From Lepidodermella squamata (Eukaryota > Animalia > Gastrotricha), in the NCBI GenBank assembly GCA_047495785.1, contig JBLDXI010000015.1:3534001-3598000 (forward strand): a stretch of 64,000 nt of DNA, given 5' to 3'. The position numbers were made by a program, and so were the translations under genes. The notes under the pieces are model-generated. The model saw nothing but the letters and a program-made list of their open reading frames with translations, did not search any database and was not told the origin of the DNA. Positions 13,401 through 25,900 of this stretch are shown one piece after another; position 1 is the first letter of the stretch; every line of letters begins with the position of its first letter.

Positions 13401-15159
13401 GCTTGCCGATGCTGGTGACACCATTCATGCCGAACGGATCCCTAAATAGATATTTGCTAAATATGGACAGAGATTTATATGAATCTGATTCATCACTCCA
13501 GCCGGCGCTTAACGAAAAGTTGCTTGGTTTTTGCCGCCAAATTTGCGACGGAATGGCTTATCTAGCCGGGAATAGAATAGTTCACTGCGATTTGGCGGCG
13601 AGAAACGTACTGCTGGACGACAATGAAATTTGTAAAATTTGCGATTTCGGTCTGGCGAAATGTTACAGCACGGATAAAAATTACTACACGTGATTTTAAA
13701 TTTCCTCAAAATTCAACTTCAATTAATTTTTCTTTTATCAGATCTAACCAGAATCGCGTGCCACCTCGATGGCACCCACCGGAGTCCTTCGGGACACAAC
13801 AACAGAAGGCGAGGTGGAAGTTTAACGAAGAAACTGATGTTTGGTCATATGGCGTAGTAATGTGGGAAATTTTTACACGTAAGCGTCGAACAATTATTTT
13901 TTCATGTCAATTTTGCTGATTTTTTTCGCAGTTTGCAAGTTACCTTTCGAGGATAGAAAAAACGAAGACTGCGCACATCATTTAGCATGGTTACACCAGC
14001 GATTCAAAGACGCAAAAATCGACAAATCACTCGATGATCTACCAAAACCACGTTTATGCTACATCAATCTGTAAGATTTTCGTTAAACAGAGTGTCTCAT
14101 AATTTGCGCAATATTTTGTGGGAAATTAAATATATCAGGAGACTCTTCCATCCTTTATCCACAAATTGAACATTAACAGGAGAAAACCCGGAAAACCCCG
14201 ATGGTAACTGGTTCGGTAATTTTTCGGTATTTACCCGGTTGGACCACATTTTTCGGATTTTTTAATCGCAATGACAAGTGACATAATTGATTACTATTCT
14301 CATGGCGAAGGTACGACTTTTCAGCAGTGACATTCCGCAAATGAGGGTCAAATCATCAGTGATTTTTCATCAGTGAAAATGAGCATTGACATTTGAGCTG
14401 CGACATTTGCGCAGTGAAAAATCATCCGTGACAAATCAGCAGTGATTTTTCTTTATTTATCCTACATTTTTTTCAAATTTATTATTTTCATCTCAGTGAC
14501 ATTTGCGCAGTGACATTTCAGCGGAGACATTTCATCAACAGAATCTCAGCCGTATTCAGCATAGGGGACTATGCGTTGCATTAAAGTTGAGCTCAAAAAG
14601 TGCAAGTTCAATGCCCGAGATTAATAAATAAAAATTGATGAATTATCACTTGCTCATTTGTCGCTGCTGAAATGTCACTGCTTGTCTTAACACCATTTAT
14701 TATTTAAATTAACACCAAAAGTTGATTTTTAGGAATTGCTACTGACAAAGTGTCACTAATGAAAAGTCACTGCTGAACCTCATTTGCTGAAGTGTCACTG
14801 CTGAACCTCATTTGCTGAAGTGTCACTGCTGAAAAGTCAGACCACGTCTCATGGCATCTTGAAATTTTGTAAGATTTTTCTGGCCACGAGTTATGACTAT
14901 TTGAGTTTTTGATCCCGTTTCCGTGTATTCTCTTTGTTTGCGTTACCTATAGAACACCCTGTAATTTAGGAATGAAGCTGATTTGATTTGTGTTTTATTT
15001 AGATACAACAAAGTTATGAAGACCTGTTGGCGGTACAATCCAATTCACCGGCCTAAATTCGCTGATCTCAAGATTTGGTTACAGGATCCGGATCGTACCT
15101 CTAGAAGCTTATTGGACGATATGTTAAATGACATTGATGGCGACTTTATCTTTGAATAA
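7471..15159 (+). CDS. Receptor tyrosine kinase: signal peptide - Sushi - inactive trypsin-like - Sushi - inactive trypsin-like - TM - MET-like Tyr kinase
   Basis: Signal MKARILSVSSALICLAFGLWPAQC; CCP cysteine/Trp patterns at 7640-7870 and 8775-8985; trypsin folds at 7990-8710 and 9120-9985; TM exon 12554-12683 (IIIGVPVSFISAVGTLLILYLA) phase-compatible with the flanking exons; kinase VAVK, HCDLAARN, DFG..DKNYY, DVWSYGVVMWEIFT, CW...RP. Confidence 0.75.
10564..12531. mobile_element. Non-autonomous TIR DNA transposon (CCGTAACG...CGTTACGG termini, Tc1/mariner-pogo-like) in an RTK intron
   Basis: Left end TA|CCGTAACG..AACTTTGGACA, right end TGTCCAAATTT..CGTTACGG; repeated TTTGGACA/TGTCCAAA subterminal motifs; no transposase ORF. 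Confidence 0.7.
10929..11697. mobile_element. Related MITE nested inside the 10564-12531 element
   Basis: TA|CCGTAACGAGTGGT...ACCACACGTTACGG|TA, i.e. TIRs plus TA target duplication. Confidence 0.75.
12700..12990. repeat. Intronic repeat fragment related to 25240-26310
   Basis: Shares GGAACCCCTCGAT..CTCGGGGTTCCAGATCGGGGG(G)AAATTA..CCATAGAGTATTCCC and TGCGCATGT.GGA with the 26150-26310 region. Confidence 0.7.
14088..14961. mobile_element. MITE (CAG.GTGT termini) in the last kinase intron of RTK1
   Basis: CAGAGTGTCTC...GAACACCCTG|TA; internal GGAAAACCCCGATGGTAACTGGTTCGGTAATTTT shared with the 25005-26440 element. Confidence 0.65.
14307..14846. mobile_element. Foldback-type MITE nested in the previous element, 8-9 bp TSD
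   Basis: Direct repeat TCTCATGGC at 14298-14306 and 14847-14855; TIRs GACTTTTCAGCAGTGACA / TGTCACTGCTGAAAAGTC; many CAGTGA subterminal repeats. Confidence 0.75.
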
Positions 15160-17847
15160 ATACTGAGTTGTTTTACGTACGGTGTATTTTTGAGGCTTAC
15201 AGCGGCTTCTCAAGTGTTTATACCTAGGGAGTTAGAACTTTCAAATTTCTATTCATTCGACAAAAATAACAACAAACAAATAAAAATTAATTTTTACGAT
15301 GAGACCGCAGGCAGATGCGAATCTAAAATAAGGAATTTTTTTGAAAATGAGAAACCTTCAAGTTTTTCCTCCAGCCTATTTACGTATTCTATCCTGATGC
15401 ATCTGAATGAGAAAAATGGTCAGGCGGGATGCTGATATCGATGATAAGGATACTGAATTATCGCCGCTTTATCATGTGTCCGATATATATGTATATTATA
15501 TAGGCGGCGACGTTTTGCGGCTGCTTTGTTGTCCGAGCAGCGCCACATTTCCGCTTTTATTGAATAATCTATTATCATCACAAAAATGATGCTGTGATGC
15601 GCGCGTTAGCTTATTATTTTCTTCGCGCAAGTAGCTTTGTAAAATGTGTGTATATGTCTCGCAGCGCGCGCAGTCGTCGATCTTTGCTGCCACAAAGTGA
15701 CGCGCACAAATATACGCGCTTTTACAGCCGCGCATCATCGCTTCCGGGGTTACTTTCGGGCTGCGACTCCTTTCCGAAATGTATATTCTTACAGTAATAA
15801 AATATATCGACAACACGCCCCCTGTTTTGGTAGCAGCAAATGCGCATTTTTCAATTTAGTCAACTTTCGTAAATAAAAATTATTAACCAATGCGTGCGCG
15901 CAAAAAAATGCGCAAATTAAGGTGGATGCGCTTTTTTGCACCTGATTATTTTCCGCGCACGCGCACAAGTGCGGTAACGCAGATAATTAATACCAACCAT
16001 GGTACTGTTTTTTATTAACGATTTTTATAGCCCCGCAAAGTAGCCAACTGAGCTTGTTTACGAACTGAGCCAAGGTGCATTATCGCCACAAGTTCGCCGC
16101 ACTGATTATGAGAAGAAGATGCAATCACGCGATTTTGATATATTTATTTTAAAGGTCGAAGGCGCGCAGTGTTTCGATAAATACCGTGAAGGCATGTTAA
16201 ACACGCCTTGAAAGCTTTTTCGCGCGCTATGAACTCACCGTCTGCTGGTTTTGCTGTATCCAGCCGTGCGTGTAAAATGTTGCTAAATGCGTTTTGGTTA
16301 AACAGCCTGGGCTATATGTTGGTAATTACTGACCGCGTAATGTTTATTTACGTTTTCGGCTTACTGTTCAACACGCGTGAAGTACAAAATGACACCATTG
16401 AGGTTCAGCGCTCGCGATTTATATGTAAAACAATATCGTTAATAATCGTTATTAGCGATATGGGCTATACTATTTTTACGTATGTAAGGAAAACGACATT
16501 GAATAATTACATCGCCTAGGTTCCAGAAATTACTAAAAATTGCGCTCTCTTGAAATTATATTACCCGGATTTTCCCGGTTTTTTCCGGATCAACTTAATT
16601 CCCGCACTGAGACTGGGAGAATCTTATTACATTTTTTTTGCCTCCGTTTAGATCAATATAACTATGTTTTTCATATATATTGCAATATCACCGCTGAGTC
16701 TAGACATTATTAACTGGTATTTTTGTGCGCCAAGTGTCATCCGTGTCCCGTCGCAGAAGCAGACAATGTGCCCGTTTCGGGTAAACAAATTTAGGTGCGA
16801 TGCACGGGTGTAATAATTCCATGCGCGCAATATACTTTTTTTCGCGTGAAATATCTTCGTTTTCATAGAAAAACACAAGGACCCCTATCCCTAAAGGTCA
16901 ATTTTCAAATAATGGTATGTTGGATTAACCTAATAGGTTTGTGTTGAAAAATATGCGTTTTCTTGGGTTCATGTTATTACACGGGGACAACTTTTAGGTT
17001 AGCGTCTTGTGCAAATAATATATCAAGAAAAAATGTAAATAATAATACGGAATATGCCGTGATAAATACAAGGTTGCCGAGCGAGGAGTCAAGTATTTTC
17101 GCGCGCTGCCATCGATAGCCGGCCATAGAAAATGAAGAGGCTACTAGCGGCAGAGATATACCTGCATTTCAGTATATATGTTTACATCTAACCTATTTAT
17201 AGTGGTATAAATGCCTTATATTTCGGGTGTTTTCACTGCTCCTCAACAATATCGCATGCCACCTATTGTAGGTATATTACCGGTCATGTTTGCGGTTGTT
17301 ATAATATACCCGTGTAGTAGTATAATAATGAAGCGCGCACTCGGTAGTAATAATAATATGGCGCTCTTTTCTCGCGCAGTCGAAAATTCCGAAACGACAG
17401 CAGATATAATATGTGTTTCAACGCGTTATTTTGCGCTGTTGTTATGGCTATATGCGATTCGCGTATTGATAGTCTCGGCTTAACATGGTTATAGTTGTGT
17501 TATAGACCGGGCTTATACTCCTCCGAACAACTATATTATATTCGCGGTATAATATTTTTTCGGGTTCATTAGCCGCGCACGAGAACTTGGCGACTGAATA
17601 CGAGCATTAAAACCTAATCACTCGTAATTACTACCTGATCGCACAACATATACCGCTTATATAAGAACCACCCCCAATCTATACGCAAAAGCAAGCAGTT
17701 TTTCTCATAGCCACACCCTCCATTCACATTTTACTATACGCAAATCATAATGTAGAATATTTAATCGATTAATTCTGCCCCAAAATTCGGAATGACAATG
17801 GCGCTTCAATTGAGGGTATGTAGCTGCCTAGTTTGGAGCTGAATAAC

Positions 17848-20800
17848 ATGTTCAGGAAGCTACAAGGCGTCATATGGATCTTCCTATGGTTATTCGGGAT
17901 AGGTAATAAAGAAAAAAATATTTTAGCTCCAACGTAATTTTTTTAATTCCCATGCAGTATTTCCCAACGAACCAGAAATAATAGAGCCCAGTGATGGCAG
18001 TGCATCGGACGATCAAGTGGCTAGATCTCAGCAAATACCGCCTCAAGTTGACCACTGCCGGTTCTTATTTCAAAGCCCGTCCATCTCGCCGAGCGCATCT
18101 GTAAGCAACGAAAAAGGCGCGCATGTCTTCATATCACCCGCCGGGCGATTCGCCTCGCCGACGATACCTATCACAACGGCTACGAACCGGCAAATGCTGC
18201 TACAACCGTCGCGAGTCTGCGAGTTTGCCTTCATCGCGTCGGCGAACGAAAAAGTCGACATTGCCTTCACGGATTTCGACATGCCTGGCCATCCGCCTCA
18301 ATGCAAACGGGCGTATCTCGATATCGTTTTCCAATCCGATGTTAGCGAGTTCAGAAATTTCGTTGAACTAAATCATGAAAACAGGTTTTTTTCAGCAAAT
18401 TTTTCGAAAATTTTGTTGAAGTTTTCTGGTTTAGATATTGCGGTAAAGATCTCATAAATGTTCCGCATAGACTTATTTCGTTGCACCAATCGATCTTCAT
18501 GCTTATGGACACGACTTCGATGAAAAATAACAGCGAAGGCTGGAGAGGTTTTCGAGGGACATTTGCCTTCATCCCAGCTCGTAAAAATTCACTTATTTTC
18601 AAGATTTATCAATTATCAAAACTTTATAAAGGTCCTTACCATATCGGGACACCTTTACCACCAGCAGCCAGTGGCAGTAGCTTGGCTTCAGCTTCGTTGT
18701 CCGAATGTGGTGGCCAGCTGATTCGATCAAGCATGACGCCTTCTGGGGTCATTTTGTCGCCGAATTACCCGGGTCTATACGGCGATGATGCTTACTGCTT
18801 TTGGCGCCTTCAAGGCAACCCTGGCGAGAGAATCCGCTTGACCTTCAACGATTTCGGAATCTTTTTCGGCGATGAACAGTAAATTAGTTGTATCCACTCT
18901 GGGCTCTTAAAGTTTCATACCTGTTACATAGATGTCCCTTCGATTTCGTCAACATTTACGACGGCTTCAACGCTTGGTCACCGTTGCTAAGGACGCTTTG
19001 CGGCCAGTTACGGAATGGCGACGTCACTCTATACAGCCGTGGATACGAAATGTTTATTGGTAATTTATTTAAAAATGTTCAGTCTGATTTTTCAATTGAA
19101 TTTCTTAGAATTTGTCAGCGGTCGGGGTCGATATGATAGTCGAACTTTTGGCGGCTTGCCCTATTGGATGCCAAAGGACGATTTCTCGGTAATCCTTCGG
19201 TCTTTTAAATTTTACTATTTTTTACGAATTTATTTTTAGTATAAACGACGAGGGTTCAAGGCTTCATTTGAATTTTCAAGCAAAATCGTACCCCTCAGCA
19301 ATATTTTGGGCGCGAATGCTGCTCATATAGCTGGGTCGAAATGCGACCAATTGATTCAAAATACGATCGGGCGAAGTTCGGCAGGAAAAGTAGAACCGTT
19401 ATCACCCCCTCAAACTGTCGATTCGGCCCTTTCAATATCGGCAAACTCGATTTTCTCGCCATTCTACCCAGCCGACGCTCCGGAAAATATCACCTGTATT
19501 TACACGTTTCAGGGCAGAAACGAGCGTGATTACATCGATAAAGTTCGACTGGTGGTCGTCGACTTTGGCGAAGGAACGGGCGAGGCTCTTTTGAATGATC
19601 ACGTGCTGTTGAATCCTCAAAATTGCAACGAGAGACCTGTGCTCGAAAACTACGATGAATTTAACAGCACCAAGCTATTTTCCGTCTCATTTTACTCAGC
19701 CGGACTGTCGTCGATAACTAGCAAAACATCGGATAAAAATGCTTGCAAACAAGACGGTTCGAACTTATTGAAACCGGGCTCAGTCATTGGTAAATTACTG
19801 GCAAATTGCGATTAATCATGAATTTTTTTCTTTTTTTTCTATAGAATCTCTTGGTCCGAATTTGACGATGACGTTTTCAAGTTCCGATATCTCAACGTTG
19901 AATCAAAAGCGCAGATTTTTATTCCAATACAGCTTTGTAAGTCTTTCTTGCCGTACTATAACTAAGGATAAGTTGGGACAAAACCTCATGGTTTTCGACT
20001 GTTAAGAAATCAGTTTTTGCTCAAAAATTCAAAATTTCGTACAAAATAATCGGGCTGGATGATAATCAGTGATTCCTGTTTTTTTTCAAATTTTTCCTAA
20101 TTTACTGGATTTTTGGAAATTTTTTAAAGCTTTTTAAAAATACGACCTTTTGAGTTACCCAGGATTTGCCCATATGGGTCGAATTTTTAGGATGTTTTTT
20201 TTAATTTCCTAAAGCTATAATTTTCTTATTAAAGGATTAAGGGTTAGGTACCTCGTTTGAAACCATTTGAAGCTTGGGGAAAATATTTGATTGATTTTTT
20301 TTTTCATTTCAGATTCGAGATTATCACGTCTCATCTGCTGGAGCTGGTCGCCAAACCGCCGACCATACGTGCCATTACGTGTTCAATTCATCGATTTACG
20401 GCGGAACCAACAAAAATGACATTCCAAACAGTGCCGAGTTACACGAACAACCTGTACAGCAATTCATTTCTTTCTTCACATCACCCCACTTCCCGCGGCC
20501 GTACCCGACAAATGCGCGGTGCGTGTATGATTTCATCATCGACCGGCAACGGTACAGCCAAATGCGCATTTGGTTCGATTTATTCGACGTAGGCGAGGCG
20601 CCGTTTCAGCTGACCGATCGCATTAGGACGTGTCGAGATCACGACCACGTGGCTATTTATCAATTTCTGCCTAGTTCACGGTCTTCTGATGTGACTTCGC
20701 CTAACCCTGGGTCATATTCGGCGGCGTCATTTCCACCTGGCACGTTGCCAGTTTTACATTCATTGATTTGCGGACGCTTTTTGCCTGGACCAATTGTTAG

Positions 20801-22680
20801 CGATCCCGAATCAAGCGTAATTTTGAATTTTTATTAAAAATAATTAATTAATTTTTATTCTATAGGGTTTTCAAGTTGTTTTCAACAGCGGCGTAAAGAA
20901 ATCTGCCGCTGCAGTTCAGGGTGATTTCCGAGGCTTTCGGGCTAATTTCGAGTTTCTCGTGCCTCCCCCGGTCCCGTCTCGAGAAGGAAGGCCCGTTAAC
21001 AGTTCCGTCAGCATCGAATGTCCGGCTAAGCAAATCGTAGTCGGACGTAAAGGAGCGATTGTTAGCCCTGATTATCCAACATCTTTCTACCCAGCCCATG
21101 GCGTAACTTGTGACTGGACTATTCAAACTTACAGCGATAGTGCAAAGCTTCAGTTGATGCTGACAGAGTTCGAAATTGAGGGAACTTACAATCCAACAGT
21201 AAGCTAATACAACAAATCAAGCTATTTAAGGTGTTTTGATACAAATTGTCAGGTTGGACTCGAGAATTGTCAAAACGCTGCTCTGGAGATTTACAGCGGC
21301 CCCAGTTTGGATCAGCCGACTGTCATTCGATGTTCGAGTGCTTCGATCCTAGCTGGAGAGACTTTCATTACGCATGGAAACAAAGCCAGAATACGGTAAA
21401 GTTTATTTTATTTTTCGTAACTTTGTTTGAGGTTATTTTTTTCGCTATAGGTTTCTTACGTCACCAGCTTCGACTGGTGGGCCTGGTTTTCGGATAGATT
21501 GGAACGAAGTATTTGATGTTAATGGTAAATTTCGATATTAGTCAATTTATTGACTGCCTAATTATTGAGTTATTTTTCCTAGAAACCGAATGTCGTATGT
21601 CACCAGCGACTAAATTGTGGTGCTCTGGATCTCGGCGATGCATTTCATCGGAGCTGCGATGTGATGGTTTGTTCATTATTATTCAATTTTCGAATTTTTC
21701 GAAAAAAGCCCAAATTTTCCTTTCCCTATTGGCTTATGCTATTTTATAGAGAAAATTACGGGGATAAAACCAGTGAAAACTCTATATTTTTATCAAATAC
21801 GGTTACGGAGATATCCAAGCGTGAATTTGGTCACGTGACCTTATCTGCCGTCACACCTGAGTGATTATCTCAATAACGGTGATAGATACGAAGCCGCTCT
21901 CAGAGACAAAAATCATCAGAGAGATGAGATCTATTTACAAATTTGTCTACAAATGATAATTTTTGCAAAAAACATTATTTTTACAAAATATGTGAATTCA
22001 GGAATTTTAATTAAGGTGGATTAATTATTATTAATTTCAAACGTTTTTTTTCTACAGGAATTCCGCATTGTGGTTTGACGGACTTGACTGATGAAGACAA
22101 GTGCTCGCGGCCGATAGCGAACCCAGCCAGTCTGGTTCTGATCGCTGCCGGCGGATCAGCCGCCCTTCTCAGCCTCGTTGTCATCCTTCTGGTTGTAATA
22201 TGCCGTTTGCGGCGGCAACGCGTCAAGCATAGGCAACTCGAGAAGGAAGCCCTGCCGCCAACAAGCGACAATAGCTCGCCGGAACACGCGACCCGGTCGA
22301 CAAGCCGGCGCGATAGCAGCAGTGATTCATCGATTCGCTACAACCTTAACCGCCGGTTGATCATAAGCGACGAACCACAGGCATCGGCGTTGCGGAGTTC
22401 GTTCATCGAACGCAAGCCAGCCCCACCGCCGCCATTACCGCCGCCGATAATTAACACTCGCAATCAGCATCACCATCACAACAACAATTACCAAAATCAA
22501 CAGCAGAATCATCACTACCCGGCTAAGCTGAGCGTGAAGACGACGAAATGTGTTGAGGAGACGGTGCTCATCGATACGGAAACAGTCAGTGGTAGCACGG
22601 TGACCGCCTCGGCCAGTTCGAAAAGCAACGGCGGCGGCGCGAAACGAATGCAGCTATTCGAAAAAATCACTATTGTTTGA
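17848..22680 (+). CDS. SOL-1/LEV-10-like single-pass protein: signal - 5 CUB - LDLa - TM - cytoplasmic tail
   Basis: Signal MFRKLQGVIWIFLWLFGIV; CUB signatures (SPNYPGLY, CPFDFVNIYDG, SPFYP..C.Y.F, SPHFPRPYP, SPDYP..C.W.I); LDLa CISSELRCDGIPHCG..DEDKC; TM LVLIAAGGSAALLSLVVILLVVIC; ends EKITIV. Confidence 0.8.
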
Positions 22681-22928
22681 TAAATATATATAGAAGAGTC
22701 TCACTCTTTTTCTATTGTTTATTATATTGATGACGAAATTTGAAAAATTCGTGGATAAAATATACTTTTTTATCAGAAGAAATAAAGCGCTACCTTTCAT
22801 CCCAATATGTGTCGCGTATAATATGACTCATCTTCTTAACGTAATTTAAATACGTGAGCATCATTATAAGCCCCGAAAAACCTGAGCTGAGAATGTTGCA
22901 CTTTTTATAAGCTAATCTGTAACGTTCA

Positions 22929-25900
22929 ATGCTTGACCGGACGCCAATTTACCTTCTCTTGGCTGCAATTGGATCAATTTTGGCAGCAGGCAATATTTGC
23001 GATTCGTCCTATCAGTCCGGGCTGGTTAGCTTGCTGGCGAAAGATTCGGAGAAAAAGGATTCGAAATTTTGCACTGGTATTCTGATTTCTGATCAATGGG
23101 TACTAACATCAGCTGATTGTTTGGCGGGGAAATCTTCACCTGAGTAAGTTGTCTATCTCTAAAAGATCTTTAGAGGCTTCATCACAATTTTTCTAGCTTG
23201 GAATTCGGAATGAATGACCGTCTCCGTTACGGTTCATTAACTGAAGGTTCAATCAGCAGAGGAAGTTTGCTAGTTTGCCAAGAAGACAATGCAGATTTAG
23301 CTCTGGTGAAAATCGACTCTCCAGTTAAATTTTCCGATAAAATTCGGCAAATTTGCTTGCCAGATTCTAAACTATGCAGTTCAAACCCACTGAACCGTGA
23401 CGTCTCTGAAATCGACTCTTGCAAACAAGGTTTTGCAGTCGGCTGGAGTAAACGGCCACCAGTTGGGAAAATCCAAACCTCCGGCATTCAAAATTGGAGC
23501 ATGGCAATTATTCCTTTGAATGACCGAAGCTGTGATCTAGCTGTTAATCAAACGGACAAAATTTGCACTACAACAGATTTTACAGTTCTCGAGCCTGGTG
23601 GAGTCCTAATGTGCAGTCCGAGCGACAACGGGCAATTTTATGCCATCGGACTAGCGAATAACGGAACCTATCGAGGAATTACTATACCATCAGTTTTCAG
23701 CCGAATTTGCTCTCATTTAAGCTGGATTAATCAGGTCATATCCGGAAATCATAAATGCTCGAAAAATGGTAATTAATTGACCGATAGAATTTTTTCTCAT
23801 TCCATCGAATTGCAGGTTTGTCCAATGAGGCAATTATAACAATTGCTGTCACAGTCACCGTTGGTTTGGCCATCATTTCAGCCGCTGCCGGTTATCTTAT
23901 CTATCGATTCAACCTCATGAAGAGAAGTCGCAACCAATTGCTGAGAATTTTCAGCTCGAATACAGCTACGGAACAAGATTCACCTGCGACCCTATTAGAA
24001 AAGCTGAAACTGGACCCATCTTGGAATGAGATATCGCCGTTACTAATCTCACCACCTAGTCAGCTTAAAATCGAGAAAAGGCCGTTCGACAAAGGAAATT
24101 TTGGGCGAATTTTCAAAGCGAAACTGATTGGAATGAAGGAACGATTAGCTGTTAAAGTTGAATATCGCTTTGATTCACATCGTAATCACGAGTTGATGTT
24201 ATCGGAAAGGGTGCATTTCGTGATACAGACTCTTCCGATCATGACCTTGGATCATGAAAATGTCCTGAAAATTTTGAAATTAGCGATAATTCGAAATGAC
24301 ATACCTTGCATTGTGACACCCTACATGGAGAACGGTAATTTGAGGAAATTTTTGCGGAGCCGTAAATTTATTGGTGAGACGCTGTTCGGATACTGCCAAC
24401 AAATATGTAAAGGAATGGCCTATCTCGAGGGCAAAACGTGGCTTCACCGGGATTTGGCCTGTCGCAATATTTTAGTGGATATCAATCAGCAACTGAAAAT
24501 TAGTGATTTTGGTCTCGCGCAATGGCTTCCGCTAAATGCAACTAGGTGAGCATATTGGACTTTTTAACCTCATTTTTTGTTATCTCCTAATTATAGCTCA
24601 CCAAATGTTGCTATTGACGCCACTCCCCTGCGCTGGCATCCACCTGAATCGTTTAACGATAATAAATTCGATCTGAGGAGTGACGTTTGGTCTTTCGGCG
24701 TAGTTGTCTGGGAAATTTTTACCCGTGAGAATAGCTAAAACAAGGAATTTAGTGAAATTTAGTTTTTTTCCCTCCCCATAGTATGCATTGATGAGCAGCC
24801 TTACGAGGACAGATCGGATGCATCTGTTAGGCAATTCATCAATAACGGCGGTCGATTAAGCTGGCCAATGGAAAAGTTTCAGTCATATATCCCATTGTGA
24901 GTCTTTGCAACTTATTTGTCTTTGATCTCTCCTAAAAATTTGAACAGATTTACGCTGATGAAACCGCTAAGGTTGTAGTAGTGGATTTCCATGTAGACTC
25001 GGTACAGCGTGTCCCAAAAGTTGCACAACAATTTCTTGATTTAGCCACGTTTTGTTGGATTTCCAATTAATTTTATTAAATTGAACCTACCGAGAGAACC
25101 TTTATACGCGATTTAAAACCGAAGAAAACCTGGAAAACCCCGATGGTAACTGGTTCGGTAATTTTCGGTATTTCACGCGTCTGGACCAAATTTCTCCGGA
25201 CTTTTTTAATGCTATTAACAAAAGACATACTTGATTAATATTCCCACATACGCATGGTTAAATTTTGCCATGGGGAAACACATGTTTCTCTATGGTTATA
25301 AATATTTCTCTATGGCTTGAAACTGCCACAAATTTGGGCAGCATTTTGCTAGAAATTGGCCTCAAAACCCCCAGAAAACCCATTTTCTCGAGAATCTTAG
25401 GAAAGTCACTAGAACAACGAAAACCCCAATTTTATTTAAAAGCAATTTCACGTGCAAAAACAAAAATGTGACCAAATGAGGTGAAAAAGAGGTCGTCGAA
25501 ATCTCTTGCTGGCAGCCGTCGCGATGCAGATCCGGTTTCCCTCCTGATTCGCGGTTTTGAGCGACAACGCAGAAATTCAGCGACTAGCCAAAGCAACGTT
25601 AGACGCGACAATGACTGGTTTCTCGGCGAGTCTTCGACTGGCGAAATTGACCCATATCCACGATTAATTTCCGCTGCGACCTGAATACCATCGGATACCA
25701 TGCAGCGAGCGGATGGCTTTTATCGTTGCCAGTCTCCCAAACGGCGCGATGTAGATTCATTGAATTCTGTGCGCAACCGGCTGGCTGGCGATCGATTTGA
25801 GAGGATTCTTCGAGGCAACGATTTGTTCGCTTCCAGAATCCATCGAACCAAGGCAACTGATGATCTCGGCTTGATGATCGGGCTTGATATCGGCGCTCTG

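Noticed and set aside
14310-14846. CAGTGACA repeat array as a CRISPR-like array
   Set aside because: Eukaryotic context, irregular spacing, inverted symmetry and a TSD show it is a foldback MITE
15496-17483. Hydrophobic ORFs at 15496-15816, 16208-16519 and 17211-17483
   Set aside because: No motifs, mostly non-AUG starts and no splice logic linking them; likely chance ORFs in non-coding DNA
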